A stretch of DNA of 64,000 nucleotides from the NCBI RefSeq assembly GCF_000281045.1, contig NW_008246082.1, forward strand, positions 480,448 to 544,447. Direction: 5' to 3'. The first letter of the stretch is position 1; each line of letters begins with the position of its first letter. Both the position numbers and the translations under genes were made by a program. The notes under the pieces are model-generated. The model did no database searches and was not told where the DNA came from. It worked only from the letters and a program-made list of their open reading frames with translations. Shown one piece after another: positions 1-11,940 of the stretch. The stretch is from Saprolegnia diclina VS20. Its lineage: Eukaryota.

Positions 1-1460
1 CTGGCCAAAGACCCACATGTCCAGCGGTAGCATCCAGAGCTACTCCAGCGGATGAGACGAAGCGCATCTTGTTGTCGTACCGTGAGCGAGGCGACGAGCC
101 ACTTGCCCGTGAGCACGACGCGGCGGCGTCCCACGCGCAGCGCTAGGCACTCGGTCTTTAGCCCCGGGAGGTAAATGCCGCGGACGGTCGCCAGCGTCGG
201 GAAATCCCAGTCTTGTACGAGCACCTGGCATCGGCAACGTAGTCGCGACAGACTACGAAAGCGGACGTACCACAAGGTGGAGAACAACCACGAGACCGCT
301 AAGGAACGCCCGCCACGAGTCGTGCAAAAGGTGATCGGGCGACCGGCCAAAGAGCGCTTGGCACCAAGTCGAGAAGGCAGGCAGGCCCAGCACCGCAAAG
401 ACGATGGCGCCGACAATGTACAGCCAGAAGAAGAAGATGCGGCACGCGTGGTGGCGCCACACGTGCGTGCGCAGCGCGAGCATCCAGCCGCCATACACTG
501 CCTACCATACAATACTATTAATCTATCAACGAGGTAGAGAGGAAGCGGCGTACATCGCAGCGGGTCGAGTCTTGGAGCATCGTGTCGAGCACGGCAAAGA
601 GAACGAGCGCGTTGAAGACGAGCGAGATGCCCCGGACCGCGGGGTACAGCTCAACGTACGAGACGTCGACGACGCCCGTGACCTACATCGTCCGTGACAT
701 CCTCGTCTTCTGCTTGGACACAGGCATCATACAGCGAGCGTCGAGGGCACAAAGCAGTTGTAGATGGAGGCAGCGACGACCATGACGAGCGGGGTGACGA
801 CGAGCATGACCGCCCACGAACCCTGCGACGACGACCCGATGTGCACCTCGTGGCGGAAAGCCTTGCCATCGTTCGCAGTGCCCGACACTAGGATGCGTTG
901 GCGACGACGTATAAGCAGCGACGGAGCGTACCACTGCGATAGGTAGCAGGCTGGAGGGTCCCGTCCGCCGCCTTGGTCTCGACGGACCTGCTTCGCATGA
1001 TGAAAGGTTCAAGGACCACTGTACACGCACCGAAAGCTCGCATGGCCGGCGGAAAACATAGTCCAGGACTCATGGAGCGCTGGGAAGACGGCAAGTCGAG
1101 CCAAGACGGCGCCGAGCACGAGCGAGACCATGGCAGCAATCACGCGCGCCGCCTAATGCGTCGCATGAGCGTTTGCATCTCGGTTGCACGTACGTTGGTG
1201 CTGCTTGTATCGTCTTGCAGCGTCGAGCGGCAAAGGAAGTTGAACGCGGTGCCATACAGCGGAATGTAGGCCGCCGCATGCGAGAGGCCGACCGGGTTGG
1301 TCTGGTGCACGATGACGTTGAGCACGAGGAGCAGGAGCGCAGCGAGGACGCGCATGTAGGGCTGGCGCAGCGAGCTTCCCGTTCGCGTCTCCTGGCGCTC
1401 GACGTACGTCGTCTTGCCCCGGCGCCGGACGACCCACGGGTCGACGGTCCAGAACCCCAT
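1..1460 (-). CDS. TMEM117-like multi-pass membrane protein, multi-exon, 3' end runs off the window
   Basis: Exon translations LRQPYMRVLAALLLLVLNVIVHQTNPVGLSH, HDSWRAFLSGLVVVLHL|VLVQDWDFPTLATVRGIYLPGL and LPLDMWVFGQ follow, in order, the TMEM117 blocks as I recall them (QHPWSRMIVAYLV..EDPVSHS; SRAFLASFILVFDLLIVMQDWEFP..LPGL; LDLNMWKNQ). Confidence 0.75.
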
Positions 1461-1600
1461 TTTCCTCGCGACTGATGGAAAAATAGATTCCTTTGGCTAT
1501 TTATTTTATGCGCACAATCAATACAGCATACATATACACTGTGAACCATGCGAAAATAAAATAAACCGACAAATGACAACCGCCCGCATAACCGATTGTG

Positions 1601-2657
1601 ATGGAGACCGACGAGGACGCGCTCTTCCTCCTTGAACTCATCGTCGACAGCCTGAGCTTGGAAGGACTTGCTTGCTCTGCTGACCAAGCGCTCTCGATCG
1701 GCTTCCAGCTGCTTGCGTTCGACGTTGTCCTGCTGCATGACGTCCATCTCAAGGCTACCGAGCAGGCATGTCTTGTCCAGAAGGGCAAGTCGTGCATGTT
1801 CCGCATGCCCATGGACCGTTTCGTGGACGACGTCGCTGCGACGCCGCTCGCTCTCATGGTATTGAAGACCTCCAATACGACCTCAATGCAGCTCCTCGCG
1901 TTCACGTGCATCGACTTGCCGATGGTTTGTCGTCGTCGAAGGATGAACGACGGTCTCATGACACATAGCACAGCCGAGCCGCCACGCGCGCTCGGAACGC
2001 GCCGAGTGGGTGCACCTACAGCGTCAATGGGAGCTCCTCAACCACGCAGGCGACGTCGTGGGCTCCATTGGCGGCGGCGTCGTGCTGACGTGTCACGGAC
2101 GAGCGCTGCTGGCGCACTTGCCGCCGTCGTTTGCTGCGACCATCGACACCATGGCCCCTGTCCTCGTGGCCCCCTCGCCAGAGAGCAAGCCAGATACCAC
2201 TGGTGCCACGTGCTGCACAAAGACTGTCGCCACCGACGCCACCGATGCGCCCGTGGTGGAGACCTCCGAGCTTGCCATCCAATGCAACTTGGCACTCGAA
2301 TCGGCCATCTCGCCAGTGGTGCTCGAGGTAAGATCCTAGCGCGGTAGGGTCACGCGTGCACCAATGTACTTGTAGTCGACGCCGTCGCCAGCAAAGCCCG
2401 CGAGCGACGCCATAGCTGAACTTCTGGAGCGACCACCATCGCCAGCGCTAATTGCTTCTATCAGCGATAGCATTCCTGGGCTCTTCGAGTCGCTAGCCCC
2501 ACCGGCGCTCCTCTACCATTGCCCGCGACGCTCGAAGGAGGCGAGCGAGGATGCTGCGTGGGGCGACATGCACATTGGACCGGCGGACGATGGAGCACCG
2601 CAGCTGCGCTTCACCAAGCCAAGTCGCAACGACGAGCGGTTTGGCTGGTCCGACTAG
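1601..2657 (+). CDS. MAP10/KIAA1383-like protein (N-terminal domain), about 3 exons
   Basis: LFLLELIVDSLSLE...IGFQLLAFDVVLL...KGKSCMFRM resembles the MAP10 N-terminus (LFSLELLVD..VAFRLLDFP..RGKSCLFRL). Exon 2 reads QWELLNHAGDVVGSI. The last exon from 2376 has PPALLYH and a TAG at 2655-2657. The 3' end is approximate. Confidence 0.6.
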
Positions 2658-2910
2658 TTGCGCCATGGGCCGACGTCCATCGTCTCGATCGTGGCACGTC
2701 GAGCGTCGTCGGAAGCGACCGAGGCCCTGCGAGTCGCCTCTCCTGCGGCCAGCAAACAAGCGTTGAACACGTATCCAAGGTGCTCGAATCTTCCATACAC
2801 CGGCACACGCCACGTTCTTTAAATATATCTCCCACCACTGTAAACCATCACTTGGTCATTGTATGTACTTTTATAAAGTCTGTGAAATGCAAGAGGACCC
2901 CGGGGTACAC

Positions 2911-2930
2911 GTCCGGAAACGTATCCGGAC
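2911..2930. promoter_or_regulatory. Paired TCCGGA palindromic element upstream of PDI
   Basis: GTCCGGAAACGTATCCGGAC, about 50 bp before the ATG; the same motif recurs in other promoters. Confidence 0.5.
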
Positions 2931-2976
2931 GCTCCTGGCGCCGAAGGTCCCGAACGCCATTTTGCAATCGTCTACC

Positions 2977-4143
2977 ATGCGCTCGATCTTTGCTGCGCTC
3001 GCCGCGATGGCGGTAACGGCCGTCATGGCCTCGGACGTCGTCGTGCTCACGCCCGAGAACTTTGACGACGTCGTCGATGGCTCCAAGAACGTATTGGTCG
3101 AGTTTTACGCGCCGTGGTGCGGCCACTGCAAGCAGCTCGCGCCGACGTGGGAAACGGTCGCAACGTCCTTCAAGAACGTCGATGACGTCGTTGTCGCCAA
3201 GGTCGACGCCGACGAGCACCGCGACTTGGGCGAGAAGTTTGAAGTCACGGGCTTCCCGACGCTCAAGTTCTGGAACAAGGGTGCCAAGTACCCGGACACG
3301 TACACGAGCGGTCGTGGCGAAGACGACTTGGTATGACCTCGATCGCCGATCCCATGGAGGCTCATCGCCATGACTATTGTAGGTAGCCTTCTTGAACGAA
3401 AAGGCCGGCACGAACGTCCGCGTCGCCAAGCCCGTCTCGCACGTCGCCGCGTTGACCGAATCGGACTTTGGTATGTTGCGCTCTCAGTCGGGTTTGCCTC
3501 GCTCATGCGAAGCTCGATAGCGTCGATTGCGCAGGACCCGACGAAGCATGTTTTGGTTGAATTCTACGCGCCGTGGTGCGGCCACTGCAAGCAGCTCACG
3601 CCGACGTGGGAGTCGCTCGCCAACATTTACGCCGGCGAGGAGAACGTGGTGATTGCCAAGGTCGACGCAACGGCCACGGGCGACCTCGCGTCCAAGTTTG
3701 GCGTCTCGGGCTACCCGACGATCAAGTACTTTGGCACGGGCGCGTCCGAGGCTGAGGACTATGGCTTTGGCCGTGAACTCCAGGAGTTCGTGGACTTTGT
3801 CAACGAGAAGGCTGGCACGCAGCGCACGCCCGAGGGCGGCTTGCTCCCGACGGCCGGCCGCGTCGAGGCCATCGATGTCGTTGTCGGCGCCGACGGCGGT
3901 GTCTCCAAGACGACGCTCGAGTCGGTCGAGAAGATCGTCGAGGGCCTCTCGGGCGACGAGCTCAAGCACGGCAACTTGTACGTCAAGGCCATCAAGAAGA
4001 TCCTCGCCAAGGGCTCGGCGTACGTGACGAAGGAGATTGCCCGCCTCGAGACCATGCTCAAGGACGACAACGTGACGCCGCAGAAGAAGACGCTCTTCCT
4101 CCTCCGCAAGAACATCCTCGAGGCGCTCAAGGCCGAGGCGTAA
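2977..4143 (+). CDS. Protein disulfide isomerase, two thioredoxin domains plus an ERp29-type C-terminal helical domain (ERp38/PDI-D type)
   Basis: Signal peptide [18 protein letters not shown]; two [12 protein letters not shown] motifs; introns about 3331-3382 and 3471-3520; C-terminal [27 protein letters not shown]...NIL. Confidence 0.95.
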
Positions 4144-4746
4144 GCGCCCTACGACAGTCGATGCGATAAACAATCGAATCCTGCCACCAACTCTGACGAC
4201 TTGTAGTACAGAAAAAAAGTGCAATATGGGGTGGAGACGTATTGTACGAAGGCCTGGCTTGTCCACCATCGACGCAGAATGCCCCTTTGGCCGTCTCCAG
4301 CGATTCTTGGGTGCAAGAAGGGACTACTAGCAATGCAAAACGCCCGTACATAATGTGCGTCGGTGGCCGTGGGCTCCATCCGAGTGAATGGCTGCGTTCC
4401 GGCCGTCTAGTTGGGACAGTTCACTGTATATTGCAGTGGTGATTGCACCTTCGTTCAGCATGGTCAAGATGCAACGGATGACAACAGCATCAAAGTACGG
4501 GATCCATCTGAGCGACGAGCCCCAGTGTGCGAGGACGTGAACACCGATGCGAGGTCCTGTGCCTACCCGCTACGCTGGTGCCACCCATGAGCGTCAAACT
4601 ACATTGTTGTGCGCAACTGCACGCAATAAGCTCGAAGATTGACAACTTCGATCTTTGATTCACCGCTCAATACTTTAATCAAGATAGAGCCAGATGGCTC
4701 GGCGCAGAGATCAAGTGAAAACGAGTTTTGGACCTGGTGTGACAGT

Positions 4747-4791
4747 GTGCTGTGGTGCTGTGCGTGGTGCTGTGCGTGGTGCTGTGCGTGG
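4747..4791 (+). repeat. Short tandem repeat, 12-bp unit (GTGCTGTGCGTG), about 3.5 copies
   Basis: Directly visible: gtgctgtg gtgctgtgcgtg gtgctgtgcgtg gtgctgtgcgtg. Confidence 0.8.
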
Positions 4792-5953
4792 TTGTGGGGA
4801 CGTTGAATCTTCAAGTGACCCAGCACGACCGATACTCCACATTACGCATGATCGCGTTGGGTCATTTTGGGTCGGTCGTTGTTGTCATTGTGCACGTCCC
4901 GTACCCACGATCCGAAAGATACTAGTAGAGCGCTTTCGTGTCGATGCCCTTGCGACGTAATTGGTAGACTCTTGGATCTCACACCTCGATATGCAAAAGG
5001 CCGTGACGACAGATGCAGTCTCCGCAGCGTGCCACGTCATATTGTCCTCCCACATGGGCGACCCACACTGGGGCTCACGACGAAGGTCCAGTGACGACGG
5101 TGCATGCGCTGTCACAGTGTGCAAACTCGCAGCCTCGATGGGGAGATGCCTCAGAAGCACCTCGTCCGGCCTTTGCTTCCTAGTGTTGCGGCTTCTCGTT
5201 CTCTTGTGACAGACGAATCCAAAGTACTGCGACCATTTGTCTGACCGTCTTCTCTACGCACAAGACCCGTCCATGCAGCTTTCAGCTCACGGAAAATGAG
5301 GCATTCCCGTCGTCCCATCCGACTTTGGCGCCCTCGCAACGCATGGAATTTTCCCGCCAGCAGCAAGTGGTCCCAACGACCAACATTCTCTCTGAACATC
5401 GAACCTCGGCGAATGGTTGCTACCGGTAAAAGGTGGCTACTCGGCTCCAGTGGCTGGATGAGCCGGCTGGACGCGGTGGGATCAATTTGGTTGGATCAGT
5501 TTCATCCAGATTCCTTCCTCGTGGATCAGTCGGGGTTGCGTAGTGTGTGGGGGTGTGGTACGGTCGCTATTTGCATTTCCGGGGCATCGCATACGACCTG
5601 CGTAGTCCTTTCAGCTGCAGTACCGAACCGCCTGGTGCGGCGGAGAAGTAGCCGGTGAAATCGAAAGAGCTGAGTCCAAGCCACCGATCTAGTTGTCGCT
5701 GGTCCTCACGCACGACCAGATAGACGACTCGGGCACTGCTCCATTAACTTTGGTGGTCCGTCGCGGGTTCGTCGTTCGATGAGCATGTCTCTGCCATATC
5801 ACGGCAAGCTCAGAATCCCGCAAGCCGACAAGTTGGGTGGGAACGACTTGGCCTTTGTATGGCTAACCACGACCGACATTCTGCGTCTCGCTTCGTGATT
5901 GGCTGAAATCACGTGTCAAAGGTCGGAGCGGCCGCAGTTGACGATTTGCCAGC

Positions 5954-8445
5954 ATGGACGCATCCACTGTGACGTACCTCTTCGGCGGCATCGTCCTCGC
6001 ACTCGCCGGCGTCTGCATCGCCAACTGCATCTACATGCGCCGCCATCCTGAGGCCAGCGGCCTCGGCGAAGCGCTCCTCAACCGCAAGTACATGCGATGC
6101 TAGCACAACCAGGCGACGGCTCATGCCACTGTGTACCTAGCTTTCTCGAGTTCATGCCGGGCCTCAACCGCCGTGACGTCGAAGAGCTGTACGAACGACC
6201 ATGGCCATGCGAGCGTATAGCAATGACGATGGTGTATAGGACGCTCGACATGGAACGCTGGGAGTGCTCAGTATGCGCCTTTATGAACCTCGTGACCAAG
6301 CCGATCTGCAGCCTCTGCAGCACCCACCGAGGTATTGCCTCATGATGCCAAGTTGACGCATGCGTTTTCATGGCATACCATAGATTACCGCCTCATTGAG
6401 TTCTACTCGGACACGGTGCCGGCGCGCGAGCCCGAGAAGCCGTCGCGCTCGATGAGCCAACGCGCGTCCAAGTCGTTGCAGCGACAAACGTCCAAGTCAT
6501 TCCAGCGGCTCTCGTCATTTTTCCAAAAAGTCATTTTACCAGAGGACTTGAACCCGCGCCAGCGAAGCGCTCGGTACTTGGCTTGGATCTCAACAGGGTC
6601 CAACTGTCTCTGGTTGTAGCATGCGCAAGCAGTGGACGCGGCAACTGGATTCCAAGGGCAACGTCGTCTGGGCGCGTCATTTCCTCGACACGGAAGAATG
6701 CCCCGCGTCCTTTGTGATCCAAACGGTTTGCCTGCTCTACATGACGTTAAGACGTCCTATGACGTCATTTGTAGGGTCCCATCCGCCACGAAGTCGGCGA
6801 GTCCAATGGTCCGGACGTCTCGGTGACAGTCATCATCCACGACTCGACGACGCTCGCGTCAGCCGAGACACCGGGCTTGGACGCGATCAAAACCATTGCC
6901 TGGATGCCCATCGAGGGCATCAATGCGGCGACAACTGTCACCGGTCTCCGTCTCTTGTCGTCAACCTGGTCGTCGCTGCTGCCGATTTCTCGTCTTCCGT
7001 TTTCGCTCAAATATGCGTGGTTTCTGCACCAAGTGTCGGACCTCATCGTGCCCTACGCCGACTTGTGCGTCCCGTCGATATCCCGCGGCGTCTCACGTCG
7101 CTGCGTAGACATATTCAAACCAAAGTCCAGCGCGCCCGTGTCTTTGAGGAGGCGCTCGAGAACCTCTTGGGCATCAGGGGCCAAGGGCTCTGCGCGATCA
7201 TTCGCTACAACTTTGTCGGCGAGTCGGGCTTGGACGCCGGCGCGATCCAGCGCGAGTGGTATACGCTCGTGGCCCACGCGCTCTTGCACGAAGAGTCAGG
7301 ACTCTTTACTATTTCCAACCGCGACGACAACTCGTACTTCATCAACCCCAACTCGGCCCACGACACGCGTCATCTGTGCGACCTGTCAACTTCTCGTTGT
7401 GAGAGACTGACGGTGCGTAGGGACGTGCAACTCGAGCACCTCGAGCTCTTCCGCGCGGCCGGTCGCTTCATCGGACGCGCGCTCCTGGACGGCCAAGTGC
7501 TGCCAATTCAGCTCAGCCCCGTTCTCTTCAAAGGTACTTTGCCGTTTGATACCGTGATATGTGCATGACAGCACCAATGTCTAGCGCTTTTGGGTGTTCC
7601 CATGACACTCGATGACATTGAGAGCCTCGACAAGACCACGTATACGAGGTATGGCACCATCACTAAGACCGCCTCGTATGTGGTGGTGTAGCTTGCAGTA
7701 CATTGTGCAAAATGAGCACGTGGAAGACTTGGCGCTGACGTTCTCGGTGACGCAGTGCTATGGCGACCGCATGCTCGAAGTCGATTTGGTCGAGAACGGA
7801 CACGACTTGGCCGTGACGGACGCCAATAAGCACGAGTACATTGCGCTCATGGTACGTTGATTGGCATTGTGTATACGAAGACAAGCGCGTCGGTAGGTCC
7901 GACACTTGCTCTTTGGCCGCGTCGAAACGCAGCTGCTGGCGCTCATCGAAGGCGTCTACGACGTCCTGCCCCCCGAGCTGCTTACGGCCTTTGACCACAA
8001 GGAGCTCGAGCTCATTCTCTGCGGTCTCCACGAAATCGATTTGGCCGACTGGCAGGCCAACACGGTCACATCGTCCAATCTCGACAACACGCCGGTTCTC
8101 GAGGTACAGTCGTTTTGCGTGGATGCCGGCGTGTCTCATACACTCGTTCTCTAGTGGTTCTGGAACATTGTGGCAAGCCTGCCCCAAGAAGACCAAGCCA
8201 AGCTCTTGCAGTATGCAACGGGCGCGTCGCGCGTGCCGGTCCAGGGCTTCAAGGGCTTGACGAGCTACGACGGCAAGATCTGCTACTTCACACTGAAAGG
8301 CGTCGCGTACAAGCAAGGCGTCTACCCGGTCGCGCACGCATGCTACAACCGCATCGACCTGCCGCTGTATCCAAGCGAAGAGCTTCTTGAAGACGCGCTC
8401 AAGACGCTCCTCCTCTCGGACCCGACGGGCTTCAACATCGAGTAG
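5954..8445 (+). CDS. HECT E3 ubiquitin ligase paralog 1: N-terminal TM helix, RanBP2/NZF zinc finger, HECT; about 12 exons
   Basis: MDASTVTYLFGGIVLALAGVCIANCIYMRR (TM); WECSVCAFMNLVTKPICSLC; FVGESGLDAGAIQREWY; KLLQYATGASRVPVQGF; catalytic YPVAHACYNRIDLP; ends GFNIE*. Confidence 0.92.
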
Positions 8446-9001
8446 TCACATTCTCTCTGTATTTAAATGGTCTCAACGTGATGGGACATTGGTGTACATG
8501 CGGCGTCAGGATTCGAGTGGTCTCGCTTTGCATGTCTTCTGTGACCAATCTGTGTTCTCGCTCTGTGTGCAATCGTTCAAGTCCAACCGCAGTGTCGTCA
8601 CGACAGCAGAAGGCTGCTCCAGTCATGTGGCGTCACGCACTCCAAGCTTATTATGCAACTGTTCGACAACGACAACCAGGCAGCATGCCGGTACCGTCCT
8701 CGACTGCGCTGTTGATGCAGAGCAAGCTATGCATACGCTCTACGTCTATCGAGATCGATGCGCGCCAGAGCTGTCGTCCAGCAGTACGGTATCTGTCCCA
8801 ACGGTGCGTTTAGGGCTAGGGTAGGGTTCGGGTTCTATGCTCGGACGTTCTCTTGCTCAGAGGAGTCTGCGAGACGATTCGTGGACCATTGTGCTGGCAT
8901 CAATAACAATCACTACACTAACTATACTATTGGTCAGCGCGATATTGGTATACTATTTACAAGAGAATTTGCTTGACTATCTTGTACTATATCGTTAGGA
9001 A

Positions 9002-10180
9002 CTAGGCGGTGTTGACGGGCGTTTGAACGACGGCCTCGCGCATGGCGTTGCGAAACTTCTCGTTGCGGCGGAGTACCCAAAGGCGTGCGCAGAGGAGCAG
9101 CAAGATGAAAACGAGAGCGCCCGCGGTAATCGCAATCGCCAATTCGTAGTGATGCGCGACCGTCATGAGCGTGCGACCAAAGCACGCGTCGTACGACGGG
9201 TTCAAATACGTCCTTTCATAGATCGGGATCGAAAAGGACGGGCAGATGTTGCCCCCGGTCTTGATCTTGTACTCGGCACAGTCGGCGGTGGCGACGCAGT
9301 AGGCGCCTGTGGGCTTGGGTACGTCCATGGGGCACGTGGCATGAATCCAGCTCTGAAGTGCATTGGACTTGGTCGTAATGTTGGAGAGCGTGGCGCAGCC
9401 TCGGCAGAGATCGTAGAGATCTCTTTTGATGGCGGCCGCGCGCTGAATGGCCACCGAGTCGTTTATCGACACATTGTACACTGGATTCATCGGGTCGACG
9501 GCGGCGCAGAAGCTGTCGAGGGTCGTCGTTGCCGTCACCGTGACGTTGAATAAGGTCGTCGGGAGCGTCGAGAGGGTGCGGGCAATCTCGGCCGTCGCGT
9601 TCGGGTCGGGCCACATGCCCGGGTACAAGATGGTTTGCGTGAGAGGAAAGGCGCTACAGAAGCGGTGGCCTTCGCTCGCGCAGTACGCGTCCGCAAAAGC
9701 TCGCGCGGCCTTGAATGGGTACTGTCGGCTGTCGGAGTAGGACAGTGGATGCGACGGCACTTTGGACCTGTAGCCACTGAGTGAGTCACTGTAATTGAAC
9801 TGGCGCGACGTGCCCGAGGCAAAGAACGCCTCCATGCGATGCTGGTACGTCGTGAGTGCGGGTGCGGCCTCGATCGCTCTCATCGTGAGAGGAATGGCGC
9901 TGACGGCGTAGCCCAAGAGCACACTGCAGCAAGCCACATTGGCAAAGAGAAAGAAGAGGCACGTCGAGTGCGACGGGTCGCCCCGCGTCCAAACGATATG
10001 CACGAGACCGAGGGCGGCAAAGCCTGTGGTGAAGATGTTCGTCACGACCATGGCGTCATGGGGCAGCGCGACGAGCTCAGCGTACATGGAGGCAGCGAGG
10101 GCGGCGATGATGGCGCCGAAGGCAACGACCGCAACAAAGGCGATGGCGACAGCGATTGTCGTGCGCGTCGGCTTGGGCAT
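9002..10180 (-). CDS. Tetraspanin-like 4-TM membrane protein with a large Cys-rich loop, intronless
   Basis: From ATG 10180 (MPKPTRTTIAV): three N-terminal hydrophobic helices, a long loop with about 10 Cys, a fourth helix (LAIAITAGALVFILLLLCARLWVL) and a short basic tail. No CCG motif. Confidence 0.7.
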   Translation of the reverse strand: MPKPTRTTIAVAIAFVAVVAFGAIIAALAASMYAELVALPHDAMVVTNIFTTGFAALGLVHIVWTRGDPSHSTCLFFLFANVACCSVLLGYAVSAIPLTMRAIEAAPALTTYQHRMEAFFASGTSRQFNYSDSLSGYRSKVPSHPLSYSDSRQYPFKAARAFADAYCASEGHRFCSAFPLTQTILYPGMWPDPNATAEIARTLSTLPTTLFNVTVTATTTLDSFCAAVDPMNPVYNVSINDSVAIQRAAAIKRDLYDLCRGCATLSNITTKSNALQSWIHATCPMDVPKPTGAYCVATADCAEYKIKTGGNICPSFSIPIYERTYLNPSYDACFGRTLMTVAHHYELAIAITAGALVFILLLLCARLWVLRRNEKFRNAMREAVVQTPVNTA

Positions 10181-10721
10181 AGTATTGGGAAATGACTCAA
10201 CTCTTGCTGACGTGTCCAGTGAGAAGGCTCGCCGGCCGGCATGCATTGGCCGGGATGTCCACCGCCTGTCTCTGTCTGACACGGACACTTTGTTGAATGG
10301 ATTTAACGCGTTAAACTGACCAACCGGTTGTGCGGTGTTGCGGCAATGGAGATGACGCACACACAGAACGCCTCCGGTGAATACCTTGGGTGTCCCCAAC
10401 CACCTAGGGCTGGCAGTCCTATCAGGTGCAATACGCTCTCCATCCGCCTTGAGCTCATGTACCAGCCATGTCTTGACAGTGTACGTTGTATTTCCACTCC
10501 TGGTACATGTACCCATAAGTTTGGGTGCTAGTAGTACAGTTTGCCGTCCACGAGAGACGACCGAATGTATGACGCAGGAGCAGTCGTTTGGGACCTCTGT
10601 GGAGCTGCAGGTTGTTGACACTCACGGATCTCTTTCGTAGTAAGCTTACGTGGCAGCATGCTATACCACGCTGGTGGTTGGCGACCTTGTGTCGACCAGC
10701 TGACGTCGCGTTGAAGCGCCA

Positions 10722-11011
10722 CATTGAGAGGAATGGCGCTGATGGCGTAGCCTAAGAGCACGCTGCAGCATACCACATTGGCAAAAGCAAGAAGAGGCAC
10801 AACGAGTGCGACGGGTCGCCACGCGTCCAAACTAGATGCACGAGGCCAACGACGGCAATGAAGATGGTGATATTGCTCGTCACGACCAACATCGCATTCG
10901 GCAGCGCGATGAGGTCAGCGTACATGGAGTCGGCGAGGGCGCAGGCGCCGAAGGCAGCGACCGCGACAATACGATGGCCACAGCGATCGTCGTGTGCGTC
11001 GGCTTGGGCAT
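10722..11011 (-). pseudogene. Frameshifted, 3'-truncated duplicate of the adjacent tetraspanin-like gene
   Basis: Near-identical DNA to about 9885-10180. MPKPTHTTIAVAI, then VAVAAFGA..SMYADLIALP..VWTRGDPSHS, then FANVVCCSVLLGYAISAIPL, with a frame change between each block. Similarity ends after IPL. Upstream flank 11012-11142 matches 10181-10312. Confidence 0.85.
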
Positions 11012-11940
11012 ATTGGGAAATGACACCACGCTTCCTATTCTCGCTGTCGTTTGTCCAGTAAAGAAGGCTGGCCAACGTATTCATGGCATGTCACGGCCTC
11101 TCTGTGTCTGTAGGACATGGCGTTGAATGAATTTACCGCGTTCATCTGCAGAGCCGCTTGTCGCTGCGGCAAGAAGAAGAGTAATTTTGAGCTCTTGGGC
11201 AAGACCGACGCACTGAGCTCGTCTGAAGACGGGTCAAGAGACCTTCTCCAGACAAGCAACACGAGTCAGCGAAGCTTGGATGGAAGCCAAAAAGACAAGC
11301 TTTCGACTCTTGACACGCTTGACATCAGATTCAACCGACGACTTGATGTTTGCAGACGCGGTCTTGAAGTGCTCCGGGAGCGACGGCGCATTCGTGAGCG
11401 GACGTTTCGCAAGTTAGCGCGTCCACCAACCATGTTGGCAGTGACAACGTGTACACTCGGCGGTGCTCGATCGCATGGGACCGCCTGTGGCGTCAATGGA
11501 GGCGAGCAGCGAGGCTGATCTGTGCCGCACGGCAATCGCGGGTAGGACAATGGCTTGGGTTCGAGTCGTGTCTTCTGAGAGCCTTTCTCTCAAGAAGCCA
11601 AGTCTCCTGCAGGGTGTCGTCGATGACAGAACAGCAAGACGAGATTACGCTTGGATACTGTGGTTAGGATAACGTTGGTTAAACGAGTAGCAACAGCAGT
11701 TGGCAAAAAGAGTAGCAGCAGCGGCGCCGCCCCGAGTCCCGCAACGGCTGGCCCTTTACGAGGGAGCATCGCGCCCATCACCACACAAGTTCATGTGCCT
11801 GGCCGAAGCGATGCTCGGCTTGACTGCTGCTGCTCCTTTGACTGTGTAGAAATGCGCACTGATTGCCTAGGGAGAAACATGTTAACCGCTTTTACAATGC
11901 GCGAATAATCCCTTTTCATGGACTGCAGCGGAAAAGGGCC

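Noticed and set aside
4100..4143. PDI lacks a KDEL/HDEL signal
   Set aside because: Expected for PDIs with an ERp29-type C-terminal domain; not novel.
3484..4269. Long antisense ORFs over PDI, MED14 (16100-17959), the KIX-LRR gene (60253-61500) and others
   Set aside because: Shadow ORFs caused by high GC3 codon bias on the coding strand; no protein-like motifs.
4150..5900. 1.8-kb intergenic region as a possible transposon relic
   Set aside because: No terminal repeats, target-site duplication or recognisable transposase/RT motifs found by eye.
11565..11580. GGTTCGAGTC B-box-like sequence
   Set aside because: No surrounding cloverleaf or A-box could be formed.
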